Below, piece by piece: positions 21,619 to 32,106 of a DNA stretch of 64,000 nt. Within the stretch, counting starts at the first letter, position 1, and the number at the start of each line of letters is the position of its first letter. Below the pieces are notes generated by a model. That model saw only the letters and a program-made list of their open reading frames with translations. It was not told where the DNA came from and did no database searches. The stretch comes from an uncultured Spirochaetota bacterium. Its GTDB lineage: Bacteria > Spirochaetota > Brevinematia > Brevinematales > JAOACQ01. The translations under genes and the position numbers were made by a program. The stretch covers positions 160,001-224,000 of the forward strand of contig CAWAOD010000009.1 of assembly GCA_963783575.1 (NCBI GenBank). The letters are read 5' to 3'.

Positions 21619-21623
21619 CAGTA

Positions 21624-21934
21624 CAGTCTGTTGCAAAACCCCCTGAACAGCCGGCCAATAAACCTAAAAAACCGGTAATTTCAGATTATTGAATTTTAAA
21701 AATGAATCGTTAATCAATCTCCCGGCTGTTCTTCTCTACAAGATTCACGGGAAAGCACAGTGCAGGAAGAATGTTACTTTTGCGAGCCAACAGGACGTTG
21801 GCGTGCCCGAAGATCTGTCCGAAGCAAGGATGCGAGTTACGAAGGGCCGCAAAAGTCACATTCTTCCGGAGCGTTCTTCCCGTCAATAACCCGCCCTCTC
21901 GGGCGGAATCTAATCTTAACTTTTTAACAGGATT
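21624..21934. mobile_element. MITE-like non-coding element with a long internal hairpin
   Basis: Imperfect ends CTGTTGCAAAA / TTTTTAACAG; internal 20-bp arms GGAAGAATGTTACTTTTGCG (21765-21784) / CGCAAAAGTCACATTCTTCC (21848-21867) with one mismatch. Confidence 0.55.
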
Positions 21935-22027
21935 ATTGATAAAATCCTGCCAAAAAGTTAAAATATAAATGAAATTAAATACCATTGAGGTTTTCAATTA
22001 TAATAAAAATAATTAGGAGATTCTCCT

Positions 22028-22825
22028 ATGAAAGGCATATTATGTTATTATTCCGGTACCGGCAATACCCTTGCGGCATGCCGCTATATGGTGAAAAATC
22101 TTTCTTCAATAGATTTCGTATTATATAATATCGCAAAAGGCGGCCCGGTCGATTTCACCGAATATGATCTTGCGGGATTTGCGGCATTCGCGGATTTCTG
22201 GGGGCCATCGATGCTTTTCCGGAGATTTATCAAATCCCTGCCCCGTCAAAAGAAAAAGCCGGCATTTTTATTCAATACTTTTGGAAGTATAAACGGGCGT
22301 ACACTTATGGCTATGGCAGGCATTGTTAAAAAGAGGGGTTTCGATATTATAGCCGAATTCGCTCTCCATACGCCGGAGAATTTTCCTGTAATGGTGGCCG
22401 GGGACAATTCAAACAGCCAGGCTCCCGATGAGAGAGAGATGAATGATTTCAATAATTTTATTAATTATTTAAGCAATTTAATTGACAGTATAAAAACCGG
22501 GAAAGATATCAAACGGTTCCCAACCAGGACAAAATGGCCGGACATAATTATTCCATCCTTACCGCGCCGGCTGGCGAGGAAAATTTCGATGGGCAGGAAA
22601 TTCCTTGATGAAAAACTCTGCAATGAATGCGGTGTTTGCGCCCAGGCATGCCCGTATCAGGCCATAAAATTGGACCCGAAACCCATTTTTAACAGTGATA
22701 AATGCTGGGGATGCTGGGCCTGTTATAACCGCTGTTTAATGAAAGCAATTTATACAAAAAATATCAGGGGTACCGGTCACTACCCCGGGCCGATTGAACC
22801 GCTGTTGAAAAAGTTAAAAGTTTAA
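22028..22825 (+). CDS. EFR1-family flavodoxin/ferredoxin fusion
   Basis: YYSGTGNT; CNECGVCAQACP and CWGCWACYNRC. Confidence 0.92.
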   Translation: MKGILCYYSGTGNTLAACRYMVKNLSSIDFVLYNIAKGGPVDFTEYDLAGFAAFADFWGPSMLFRRFIKSLPRQKKKPAFLFNTFGSINGRTLMAMAGIVKKRGFDIIAEFALHTPENFPVMVAGDNSNSQAPDEREMNDFNNFINYLSNLIDSIKTGKDIKRFPTRTKWPDIIIPSLPRRLARKISMGRKFLDEKLCNECGVCAQACPYQAIKLDPKPIFNSDKCWGCWACYNRCLMKAIYTKNIRGTGHYPGPIEPLLKKLKV

Positions 22826-22942
22826 CAATCATTCCCGGATTAGAACTTGAAAAAAATTATTATTCTGCATGTTTATTTATGATATCTGAAATTTTTTCAT
22901 AAACAGGTAATTATCTGTTGACAAATGGATAATTTTCAGTTA

Positions 22943-22967
22943 TAATAAAGTACAGTGTACTTTATTA
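22943..22967. promoter_or_regulatory. Perfect palindromic operator upstream of TetR
   Basis: TAATAAAGTACA-G-TGTACTTTATTA overlapping the TATAAT of a TTGACA promoter. Confidence 0.8.
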
Positions 22968-22979
22968 AGAGGTTGAAAT

Positions 22980-23570
22980 TTGCAGTTTATTAAAGATGAA
23001 ATTAAGCAGAGAATTATCGATGCAGCTAAGGAAGAATTTCTGAAAAAGGGTTTTGAGAAGGCTTCCATCAGAACTATTTGTTTTAAGGCCAAAACATCTA
23101 AAAGCAATTTGTACAATTATTTCAAAAGCAAAGACCGGCTATTTTGTTCTATCCTGGAACCTGCTTTGACAGTGATTCAAAAAGGGTTTGAACAGGCTGA
23201 AGTCGAAGCATCCGGAGACGCTCTTTCATATACCGAGGAAAAGCAGTCGAGGAATATCGGCGTTGTGATGAATTTTGTTTATGAAAACCTGGCTGAAGTA
23301 AAATTATTGCTTTTTCAATCAAGGGGCTCAAGCCTGGAGAGTTTTAAGGATCAAATTATAGATAAATTTACAGACATATTATACGGATGGGTTAAAATGA
23401 ATTCGCCGGATAAGAATATAAGCAGGTTTTTTGTCCGGTGCGTTTCCTCTTTTTATATGACAGGTATTGAACAGACAATTATTAACGGCGCTTCAAAGGA
23501 ACAGGTGGAAAAGCATATTAACGAATTTGTCCGATTTGTTTACCATGGCTGTAAAGGTGTATTAAAATAA
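22980..23570 (+). CDS. TetR/AcrR family regulator
   Basis: HTH ASIRTICFKAKTSKSNLYNYFKSK. Confidence 0.93.
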   Translation: MQFIKDEIKQRIIDAAKEEFLKKGFEKASIRTICFKAKTSKSNLYNYFKSKDRLFCSILEPALTVIQKGFEQAEVEASGDALSYTEEKQSRNIGVVMNFVYENLAEVKLLLFQSRGSSLESFKDQIIDKFTDILYGWVKMNSPDKNISRFFVRCVSSFYMTGIEQTIINGASKEQVEKHINEFVRFVYHGCKGVLK

Positions 23571-23583
23571 AGGAGATGAAATA

Positions 23584-24468
23584 ATGCCTAAAAGAATCGA
23601 ATCAAAAACTTCAAGAACTGCGCAAATGACCTGTGGCGCAAGAGCAGTATCATACTCAGAATCAAGGGATTACTATAAAAGCGATGACTATATTTCATCA
23701 ATATTAATTCCTTCATTTTTAAAGCATTTGCTCAAATTTCCTCTTGCCCGGTATTTATATTTTCAAGGTAGTCCGAAAGGAAGTTATGAATATGTAGTTG
23801 CCCGGACAAAATACATTGATTATGAATTTGCAAAAGCCCTTCATGAAGATTATGAACAAATACTTATTTTTGGCGCCGGATTTGATTCCAGGGTTATACG
23901 TTTTCAAGATATTTCAAAAAAAAACAGGATTTTTGAAATCGATGCCCCAATCACCCAATCCTCCAAGCTGCAAAGGTATAAAGAGCTGGGAATTATAAAT
24001 CCGGATAATCTGACTTATATTCCGGTTAATTTTGACAAAGAGAATATCATTGACAGGCTTAATGAAAAAGGTTTTGCAAAAAATAAAAAAAGCCTTTTTA
24101 TCCTGGAAGGGTTGACTATGTATCTGCAGCCTGAATCCGCGGTCAAAACCTTTAAAATAATTCAGGAATTCGCAGGCGCTGGAAGTATGATAGTATTTGA
24201 TTATATTTATGCGTCTGTATTGAGAAAAGAAAATTTGTATTATGGTGAAAAAGAAATATATAAGTTTGCTTCAGGAGCAGATGAAAAATGGTATTTTGGA
24301 ATAGAAAAAGGAAGGGCGGGTGATTTTCTGGCAGAATACGGTTTTGAAATATTGAACCATATGGATTCAAATGATCTGGAAAACAAATTTTTTAAGGATA
24401 AACAGGGAAACATTGCAGGCAGGGTTAATGGAACCCATTGTATCGTCACCGCAATAAAAACGGAATAA
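23584..24468 (+). CDS. SAM-dependent methyltransferase, leucine-carboxyl-MT (TIGR00027-like) family
   Basis: ARTKYID, QILIFGAGFDSR, FEIDAP and ILEGLTMYL motifs. Confidence 0.9.
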   Translation: MPKRIESKTSRTAQMTCGARAVSYSESRDYYKSDDYISSILIPSFLKHLLKFPLARYLYFQGSPKGSYEYVVARTKYIDYEFAKALHEDYEQILIFGAGFDSRVIRFQDISKKNRIFEIDAPITQSSKLQRYKELGIINPDNLTYIPVNFDKENIIDRLNEKGFAKNKKSLFILEGLTMYLQPESAVKTFKIIQEFAGAGSMIVFDYIYASVLRKENLYYGEKEIYKFASGADEKWYFGIEKGRAGDFLAEYGFEILNHMDSNDLENKFFKDKQGNIAGRVNGTHCIVTAIKTE

Positions 24469-24493
24469 AATGAATCTTAAAAAGGAGTTTAGA

Positions 24494-25222
24494 ATGGATG
24501 TGAAAGATCATTACGAAAATCATCTCTGGAAATATTATTCCTGGATTTACGGAGGATTTGAAGCAAAATCGTCATATAATTCGGATTTTTTCAGCCTCCA
24601 CAATATTAAACCCGGGCTAAACAAAATTGCTCTGGATCTCGGTGCCGGTTCGGGGTTTCAATCGACAGCGCTGGCTAAACTTGGCTTCAAAGTTATAGCT
24701 ATCGATATAAGTGCCAAAATGCTGGAAGAATTAAAAATAAATTGTATTGGGCAGGATATTGAAACTGTTCAGGCGGATTTTATTGAATTAACGGAACAAG
24801 GTAATTATAAACCGGAATTGATTATATGTATGGGTGATACCCTGACACATATCGAAAGTATGGGATCGGTTGAAAAGCTTATAGTCAATTCTTTCAGTAT
24901 TCTTCCCGGAAGTGGTAAATTTATCGTTAATTTCAGGGATTTGACCGCCGAATTAAAGGATACGGAAAGGTTTATCCCCGTTCAAAGTAACATTAACAGG
25001 ATTTTTACTTGCTTTCTTGAGTATTTTCCGGAATATGTAAATGTTTATGACATCGTACAAGAAAAATCAGGGGATAAATGGGAACAAAAAATAAGCTTTT
25101 ATAAAAAAATAAGGATTTCTTCTGATAAAATCAGGGAACTTTTCATTAAAGCCGGGTTTGAAATCGAGTTTTTCGAAATTAATAATGGAATGATAACTGT
25201 AATAGGCAAGAAGCCTGAATAA
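24494..25222 (+). CDS. Class I SAM-dependent methyltransferase
   Basis: ALDLGAGSG, AIDISAKML and ICMGDTLTH motifs; AAGGAG RBS. Confidence 0.9.
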   Translation: MDVKDHYENHLWKYYSWIYGGFEAKSSYNSDFFSLHNIKPGLNKIALDLGAGSGFQSTALAKLGFKVIAIDISAKMLEELKINCIGQDIETVQADFIELTEQGNYKPELIICMGDTLTHIESMGSVEKLIVNSFSILPGSGKFIVNFRDLTAELKDTERFIPVQSNINRIFTCFLEYFPEYVNVYDIVQEKSGDKWEQKISFYKKIRISSDKIRELFIKAGFEIEFFEINNGMITVIGKKPE

Positions 25223-25241
25223 AAGTACCGGAGGTATTAGT

Positions 25242-26054
25242 ATGCAGGATAAAATTTTACTGGAACTTGGAAATGTCCAGAAAACCCTTCTTCTTCCATT
25301 ATGGGGGAGAGCCGTTGAAACACGGAAGGATAAACCGCTTTTGATTGACAAAACCGCTGTTGAGATCATTGATAAAATCGATTATGATTTTTCATTAATG
25401 ACGGTAAATATTAACGAAGTAAGCCGGATGGGCTGGATAATGCGGAGTCTTCACATTGATAAAACAATCAAAGCATTTCTGGAAAAACATCCTAAAGCAA
25501 TTATTGTCAATATCGGTTGCGGCTTTGATACAACATTCAATAGAGTTGACAACGGTTTGTTGAAGTGGTTCGACCTTGATATGCCGGATGTAATTGAAGT
25601 TCGAAAACATCTCATTCCGGAAAGCGGCATACAGAAATATATTTCATCTTCTTTTCTTGATGAAGAATGGCTTAAAACATTGAAACCGGACGACAATATT
25701 TTATTCATTGCGGCAGGTGTATTTTACTATTTTGAGGAAAATCAGGTTAAGGGATTTTTCAGAAAAATCGCAGACCTTTTCCCTGAAAGCGAGGTTGTCT
25801 TTGACACATCGTCAACGCTTGGGATCAAAATGGCTAATAAAATGGTCATTAAAAAAAGCGGTCTTGATGAAAAGTCATTCCTGAAATGGGGGCTTAAAAA
25901 TGCGTCAGTCCTGGAAATGTGGGATAAAAGGATAAAAATTCTTGAAGAATATGACCTGTTTAAAGATGTACGAAATATTTTTAAAAATAAGATCGTAGCT
26001 TTTATCTCGGATGCTTTGAAGATGCAGTATATGGTGCATATTAAATTCCGGTAA
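25242..26054 (+). CDS. O-methyltransferase, TcmP/LCM-like
   Basis: QKTLLLPLWGRA, VNIGCGFDT, WFDLDMPDVI and AAGVFYYF motifs. Confidence 0.9.
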   Translation: MQDKILLELGNVQKTLLLPLWGRAVETRKDKPLLIDKTAVEIIDKIDYDFSLMTVNINEVSRMGWIMRSLHIDKTIKAFLEKHPKAIIVNIGCGFDTTFNRVDNGLLKWFDLDMPDVIEVRKHLIPESGIQKYISSSFLDEEWLKTLKPDDNILFIAAGVFYYFEENQVKGFFRKIADLFPESEVVFDTSSTLGIKMANKMVIKKSGLDEKSFLKWGLKNASVLEMWDKRIKILEEYDLFKDVRNIFKNKIVAFISDALKMQYMVHIKFR

Positions 26055-26119
26055 TAATTTTGCTAAAACCGGCGTTTTTCTGTTAAAATAATGATCACTA
26101 TAAAATACGGAGTTTAAGA

Positions 26120-28375
26120 ATGCATCAATCAGCCGGTGAAGTTCTGCGTAATGTATTCGGGTACGAAACATTTCTTCCACACCAGGAAGAAATCATATGC
26201 GCCGTTCTTTCAAAAGATGATGTACTTGCCGTTCTTCCTACAGGAGGCGGAAAGTCAGTCTGCTACCAGATACCGGCGATCATTCTCCCTGGTTTGACCA
26301 TTGTTATATCGCCGCTTATCTCGCTCATGAAAGACCAGGTCGATCAGCTGATCAAGGCCGGAATAAATGCCGTCGTGCTTAACAGCTCACTTGAACGAAA
26401 CGAATATTTTAAAAACAAAGCTCTGCTTATCCAAGGAAAAGCCCGCATCCTTTATATTGCCCCGGAATCGCTATTCAAACCGGATATTCAATCAATGCTT
26501 TCCGGCATCAAACCATCTTTGATCGCTGTTGACGAAGCTCACTGCGTCTCTGTCTGGGGACATGACTTCCGCCCTGAATACCGGCAGTTGATCAAACTTC
26601 GATCAATTTTCCCTGAAGCTGTCTGGATAGCCCTGACGGCAACCGCAACCGGTCATGTACGCGATGATATCAAAAAATGCCTGGGCCTGAAATCGGCAAA
26701 AGTATTCATTGGAAGTTTTAACCGGAAAAATTTGTTCCTTGAGGTAATAAAAAAAACAAATGGTTTTAATCAAATAATTCAGGTTCTAAACCGGCACAAA
26801 GATGAGTCCGGAATAGTCTACTGCTTTTCAAGAAAACAGGTTGATATATTATCTGAGAAGCTTTCTAAAGAAGGCTATTCCGTAAAACCATATCATGCCG
26901 GATTGACCGATGAAGAACGCCATAACAACCAACGGCTTTTTGTAAACGATAATGTATCGATCATTGTTGCGACAATCGCATTCGGAATGGGGATCAATAA
27001 GCCGAACGTACGCTTTGTCATCCATTATGACCTCCCGAAAAACCTTGAGTCATATTACCAGGAGATCGGCAGGGCCGGGAGGGACGGCCTTGCTTCCGAC
27101 TGCATACTCCTTTATAATTACGGCGATATGCGAAAGCAGATGATCTTTATAGAAGAAATACAAAATCCGGAATTAAAGTCCTCGGCAATTAAACACCTGA
27201 ACGACATGGTTTCTTACGCCGAAAACATGGACTGCCGGAGAAAACCGCTTTTAAATTACTTCGGGGAGGTATTCCACCCTGAAAATTGCGGCGGATGCGA
27301 TAACTGCGTTGAAAAAGAAACTACCGGTTCCGAAACGGATTTGACGAAAGAAGGCAGGTACTTCCTGTCAGCAATGACAGAAGTCAATGAAAAATTCGGG
27401 AGCGAACACATAATCGAAATCCTCCGGGGCTCCTCTAGTGAAAAAATTCTGAAATTCAGCCATAACGAACTTGCATCATACGGCCTGGGCAAGGATAAAA
27501 CAAAGAAAGAATGGCGGCAAATCAGGGATGCTATGGAACAGCACAGGCTTGTCAAAAAAGACCTTGAGCAATTCGGCGTGCTTAAAATTCTGCCGGCAGG
27601 CCGGGAAGTTCTGTGCGGCACGCGAAAATTCATGGCTTTTATTGAGAAGGAAGATGTGAAGATATTCCAGCAAAACACTCATAAATCTGACTTAAATTAT
27701 GATAAAAACCTATTTGAAATTTTAAGGAAACTCAGAAAACAACTTGCAGACAATGAAAATGTACCGCCTTACATAATATTTCCCGATACTTCTCTCATAC
27801 AGATGTCAAAGGTTTTCCCGAAGAATAAAGAGGAATTCTCGCATATAACCGGCGTCGGCCGGGTGAAACTTGAAAAATATTCCGGGGATTTTATTCCTGT
27901 GATCAGGCAATATGCCAATGAAAACAAAATTTCTTCAATTTCAATTCCGGAGAATAACCGAAAAGATTATTCCATTAACGCTCAGCTAAATGGAATAAAA
28001 ACCGGGATATATAAGCAAACAGCCTCTAAAATATTGGAGGTAAAAAAACCTCCGGCACATATTAATACAGGGACATTATTTAATTCCGGCCGGTCCTTTG
28101 ACAGTATCGCCGGCGATCTTAAAATTCAAAAAGCCACAATTATTGACCATCTTCTCCGATGTCTAAAAAGCGGTTTTCAAATCAATACTTCTTATCTTTC
28201 GGGCAATATGCCACGAAGCGAGGATGAATCAAGGCAAATTCTTGAAAAATTTAGAAAAGACGGCGGCGGCTACTTGAAGCCAGTTTTTGAGGCTTTCAAT
28301 GGAAAATACGGTTATGATGAGCTGAAGATTTATCAATTGGTATTTTTCAGTGAAAAAATATCAAAGAGTAAATAA
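26120..28375 (+). CDS. recQ: DNA helicase RecQ
   Basis: PTGGGKS, VDEAHC, WGHDFRPEY and QEIGRAGRDG motifs; Zn/RQC and HRDC domains. Confidence 0.97.
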   Translation: MHQSAGEVLRNVFGYETFLPHQEEIICAVLSKDDVLAVLPTGGGKSVCYQIPAIILPGLTIVISPLISLMKDQVDQLIKAGINAVVLNSSLERNEYFKNKALLIQGKARILYIAPESLFKPDIQSMLSGIKPSLIAVDEAHCVSVWGHDFRPEYRQLIKLRSIFPEAVWIALTATATGHVRDDIKKCLGLKSAKVFIGSFNRKNLFLEVIKKTNGFNQIIQVLNRHKDESGIVYCFSRKQVDILSEKLSKEGYSVKPYHAGLTDEERHNNQRLFVNDNVSIIVATIAFGMGINKPNVRFVIHYDLPKNLESYYQEIGRAGRDGLASDCILLYNYGDMRKQMIFIEEIQNPELKSSAIKHLNDMVSYAENMDCRRKPLLNYFGEVFHPENCGGCDNCVEKETTGSETDLTKEGRYFLSAMTEVNEKFGSEHIIEILRGSSSEKILKFSHNELASYGLGKDKTKKEWRQIRDAMEQHRLVKKDLEQFGVLKILPAGREVLCGTRKFMAFIEKEDVKIFQQNTHKSDLNYDKNLFEILRKLRKQLADNENVPPYIIFPDTSLIQMSKVFPKNKEEFSHITGVGRVKLEKYSGDFIPVIRQYANENKISSISIPENNRKDYSINAQLNGIKTGIYKQTASKILEVKKPPAHINTGTLFNSGRSFDSIAGDLKIQKATIIDHLLRCLKSGFQINTSYLSGNMPRSEDESRQILEKFRKDGGGYLKPVFEAFNGKYGYDELKIYQLVFFSEKISKSK

Positions 28376-28461
28376 AATTTAACCATAAATGCCACTTGAC
28401 TGCCATTAAAACAAATATTATATTTAATTATCTTGAATATTTAATAAATGACGGAGGATTT

Positions 28462-29088
28462 ATGGATAATTCTAACCCATGGCTGGAAATTCCAGCTGAA
28501 ATATATGAGCATCATATGTCGGATAAAAATATATTACAAATACAAAAGCTTAACGATATTATAAAATCACAAATTGAAGATTATAAACCGAAGTATCTTG
28601 CTATCTTCGGAGTAACTACCGGAAATGGACTTGAATATACGGTAAATGTAAAAAATGTTTATGCCATTGATATTAATGACAAATATTTGAATATTTGCAA
28701 GGAAAGGTTTAATCATAATAAAAATATAAGTTTTCTCAAATTGGATGTTCAAAAAGATAATTATAATTTCGGTAAAATTGACCTTGCAATTTGTAATCTG
28801 ATCTTTGAATATGTTAATGAAGATACTATGGCTAAAAAGATTGCCGGGATTTTGCTTGAAAACGGTGTTTTGTCATTGGTGTATCAAGTCAATCAAGGCG
28901 TGGCTTATATCAGTAAATCAAAGTATTCAGATGTCTTTACCATATTGGACAAAATACATCATAATGTTAACGAAGAATTTATAACAAATATAATGAAAAA
29001 TAATGGATTAATTAAAATTAAAAAGGAAGAGTTTATTTTACCGGATAATAAAAAACTTATTAGAATTGATTTTAAAAAAACCGCTTAA
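28462..29088 (+). CDS. Class I SAM-dependent methyltransferase
   Basis: NPWLEIP..YEHHM, FGVTTGNGLE and AIDINDKYL motifs; GGAGG RBS. Confidence 0.8.
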   Translation: MDNSNPWLEIPAEIYEHHMSDKNILQIQKLNDIIKSQIEDYKPKYLAIFGVTTGNGLEYTVNVKNVYAIDINDKYLNICKERFNHNKNISFLKLDVQKDNYNFGKIDLAICNLIFEYVNEDTMAKKIAGILLENGVLSLVYQVNQGVAYISKSKYSDVFTILDKIHHNVNEEFITNIMKNNGLIKIKKEEFILPDNKKLIRIDFKKTA

Positions 29089-29094
29089 ATTTTC

Positions 29095-31725
29095 CTATTT
29101 TCCATCTTTTGGGAATAAAATGGAAAAAATGGTATGTCCAGGCCTGCTTTCTACATTTATAGTCCCTTTAAATTCGTTAACAAATCTTTTAACCAGGCTT
29201 AAACCAAGTCCGGTTCCTTCCCCGAAAGGCTTTGTAGTAAATAGCGAATCAAAAATCTTATCCATATTTTCCGGTGGAATTCCTATTCCGTTATCTATAA
29301 CCGTAAACCTTAATTGTCCGTCATTCGTCCGTGATAAAGTTAATGAAATTTGACCCCCATTCGGATTACAGGCATCTATGGAATTCTTAATCAAATTAGA
29401 GGCAATCTGGCTGAACCATCTTGGATCACCGTATAAAACCGATGTCTCATCAAGTTCCATTACCAGGTTGCATTTTACCTTCTTAAAAGCAAATTCCAAT
29501 AAATTGACAACATCCTTTAAAATCGGAGCAACTTTAAAATATTGTATCGGTGATTCGATTTTATCAGGCGTTTGAGCCTTTATACCCCTGATAAAACCTG
29601 CACTTTTTTCTGCGCTACGCATGGCTGTTTCTATATTTTTTTTCATTTCTCCGGCAATTGCATGATGATCTGCCGGAAGAACCTCGGGTGTGTCTATTGA
29701 CTGATTATATTCATCAGTAAGAGATTTTATCTGTATTAATGCAGCACGGATAGCCGCTATAGGTGTGCTCATTTCATGGGCAATCTCGGCAGACAAACGA
29801 CCCAAAGAAGCCATTATTTCAGATAAAAGCAGTTTTTCCTGATTTTCTTTTAAATCCTGATAAGTTGCTTCAAGCTTTGATTTTGACTGGGCTAATTGAA
29901 CTGCATCCGATTCTAAATTATTTACAAGAAGCGCCCCCTTCAATGCGCTTGAAAGCTGAACCCTTAATAAATCAAATACCTTTCCGTTCTGAGGGTTTGA
30001 TTCAAACAATACAAAACCTAGCTGGTCTTCCCTGAAATATAAAGGCTCGACTATCATACTGAAACGCTTATCAAGATTTAATAGACCTTCGGGTAAAAGC
30101 ATCTTAGAAGAAAATCTCAAACCTTCCGGTGCAATTTTTATTCTTCCGTTCTCATCATAGGCCAGCAAAATACGCGACCATTCCGTAGGTTTAAGAGGAG
30201 CTTCATAAAGTGCCAGGTAACATTTTGAAATACCAAATAAGGGGAATTCTCCAGCCATTATATCGGTTAAGTCTTTCAAATTGAAAGAAGTAATTAACTT
30301 TTGGGCTATTTCACTCAATTTCTGGTTTTGTGCTTCAATAACAATTCTTTTATACCCCTCAGCCTGTAAAGATACCTTACTAATCATTAAGCGGATCTGC
30401 TGAAAGAGGTTTTCAGCAGACAGTATGTATTTACCTGGCAGTAAAGGAAGGATATGCTTTCTGAGAGTTGTTATGACCTCCTGCCAAGAGATAATATCAA
30501 TATCATTCATAACCATCTTTGAGAGGATTTCATTCATTACTGAAAGGAATCTTACCGATCCCGGGTTTTCCAACCCGTCAATAAAACTTTCCTGAAGCTG
30601 TTCAATATTTTTTTCATCAACGGATACCCCGGTAATTATACCTGAAATATCATTTATAAATAGATCTTTATCTATTCCGGCTTCAATTCTCATATTATCA
30701 TCCTCCTGAGAATTGAGACTGACTGGAATTTTTAAAACCTCGGTATCAATACAACCGCAAGACTGCCTTATAATCAGCTCGGACTCTTTATTAACAATTT
30801 CAGGCACTTCTTTTCCTTCAAAAATATCCAGCAGAATATTTGCGGCAATGATGCCCTGATTGTAAAATTGCTGGGTAATAGTAGTAAGAGGAGGTGTTGA
30901 CAACACACACTCCGCAAGATCATCAAAACCTGTAACGGCAATATCGCCTGGAACCCGGATTCCCCTGTTTTTTAAAGCCTCAATAACATCAAAAGCAGTA
31001 ACATCATTAGCAGCGGCAATTGCATCCGGTTTCTGTTTTCTAACATCAAGTAAAAGATTAACTGCATTTTCACCCGAAGGTCTGTTAAAATCACCGGGGG
31101 CTACAAGATCCGGATCGAATGAAATCCCGTTTTTAATTAATACTTCCACATACGCTCGGTATCTTTCCTGCGCTTCAAGATGCGTGGAAGGCCCCTGAAC
31201 AAACGCGATCTTCCTATAGCCATGAACCTTAATCAAGTGTTCGATAATATACTTCATACCATTATAATTATCAAAAACAATTGAAGGCACACCTTCAATT
31301 TTTAATGATATACTTACAATTGGCAGTTGTTTGTAACGTATATGAAAATATCTCATTTCTTCAACCGTACTGTAAAAAATGAGCAGAGAACTCCAAAGAA
31401 CAAGGCCGTCAATGCATTCCTTGTTCGCAAGATCAAAAAGAACATTAGCTTGATAATCATAACCGAGATGTGAATTGATGGGATTTGCCGGAAAACATAT
31501 CAAATTGGCATTCCTTTTCCTGACTGCGTCATTAACGCCGGCCCATAATAAAAGGCTGCAGGGATCTTTCGTGCCATAATTTAATAGGCCGATTGTTGGC
31601 CTTTCCCTTGCTTTACCCGTTATTCCAAATCTGTTAATATCCATCGGAAATACCCCGTGTTTTCCGGTTAAGGATAGTTCCGGTTTATTAAAGCTCTGTT
31701 TTAAATGATATTTCGAACTGTCCAA
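29095..31725 (-). CDS. Sensor histidine kinase with LacI-type sugar-binding domain and GAF-like region (alternative start 31644)
   Basis: DNYNG..IIEHLI..HGYRKIAFVQG, AANDVTAF, VPGDIAVTGFDD (LacI/PBP, no HTH); AHEMSTP H-box, DNGIGI and GTGLGL. Confidence 0.9.
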   Translation of the reverse strand: MDSSKYHLKQSFNKPELSLTGKHGVFPMDINRFGITGKARERPTIGLLNYGTKDPCSLLLWAGVNDAVRKRNANLICFPANPINSHLGYDYQANVLFDLANKECIDGLVLWSSLLIFYSTVEEMRYFHIRYKQLPIVSISLKIEGVPSIVFDNYNGMKYIIEHLIKVHGYRKIAFVQGPSTHLEAQERYRAYVEVLIKNGISFDPDLVAPGDFNRPSGENAVNLLLDVRKQKPDAIAAANDVTAFDVIEALKNRGIRVPGDIAVTGFDDLAECVLSTPPLTTITQQFYNQGIIAANILLDIFEGKEVPEIVNKESELIIRQSCGCIDTEVLKIPVSLNSQEDDNMRIEAGIDKDLFINDISGIITGVSVDEKNIEQLQESFIDGLENPGSVRFLSVMNEILSKMVMNDIDIISWQEVITTLRKHILPLLPGKYILSAENLFQQIRLMISKVSLQAEGYKRIVIEAQNQKLSEIAQKLITSFNLKDLTDIMAGEFPLFGISKCYLALYEAPLKPTEWSRILLAYDENGRIKIAPEGLRFSSKMLLPEGLLNLDKRFSMIVEPLYFREDQLGFVLFESNPQNGKVFDLLRVQLSSALKGALLVNNLESDAVQLAQSKSKLEATYQDLKENQEKLLLSEIMASLGRLSAEIAHEMSTPIAAIRAALIQIKSLTDEYNQSIDTPEVLPADHHAIAGEMKKNIETAMRSAEKSAGFIRGIKAQTPDKIESPIQYFKVAPILKDVVNLLEFAFKKVKCNLVMELDETSVLYGDPRWFSQIASNLIKNSIDACNPNGGQISLTLSRTNDGQLRFTVIDNGIGIPPENMDKIFDSLFTTKPFGEGTGLGLSLVKRFVNEFKGTINVESRPGHTIFSILFPKDGK

Positions 31726-31728
31726 AAA

Positions 31729-32103
31729 TCATTTTTTTAGTGCTTTTTCCAGAACCTCAAAAAGTCTCTCTTTTCTGACAGGTTTGATAATCAGGTCAAT
31801 GGCGCCAAGTTCCTTCGCCCTGTCATAATACTCCTTCTCTATAAATCCGGTCAGCATAATAACGGGTATACTGGGATATTCCGTATGAATTTCCCGCAAA
31901 ATATCGAAACCGTTTTCTTCCTTCATTTTGATATCGCAGACAACAATATTTATTGAACCGGCGATCAGAAAAGCCAGGGCCTCCGGTTTGTTCGATGCTT
32001 CCGCAACCCTGAATCCGAATGATTTTATCTGGTTACGGATCACGCTTCTGATACCGGGATCATCGTCCACTATCAAAATTGTTTTTAAAGAGCTTTCATG
32101 CAT
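31729..32103 (-). CDS. Single-domain response regulator
   Basis: ILIVDDD, CDIKM, MLTG and IKPV receiver motifs. Confidence 0.93.
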   Translation of the reverse strand: MHESSLKTILIVDDDPGIRSVIRNQIKSFGFRVAEASNKPEALAFLIAGSINIVVCDIKMKEENGFDILREIHTEYPSIPVIMLTGFIEKEYYDRAKELGAIDLIIKPVRKERLFEVLEKALKK

Positions 32104-32106
32104 TTT

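Noticed and set aside
21689..21997. Three short overlapping ORFs
   Set aside because: They lie in a palindromic MITE-like element; no RBS or protein motif
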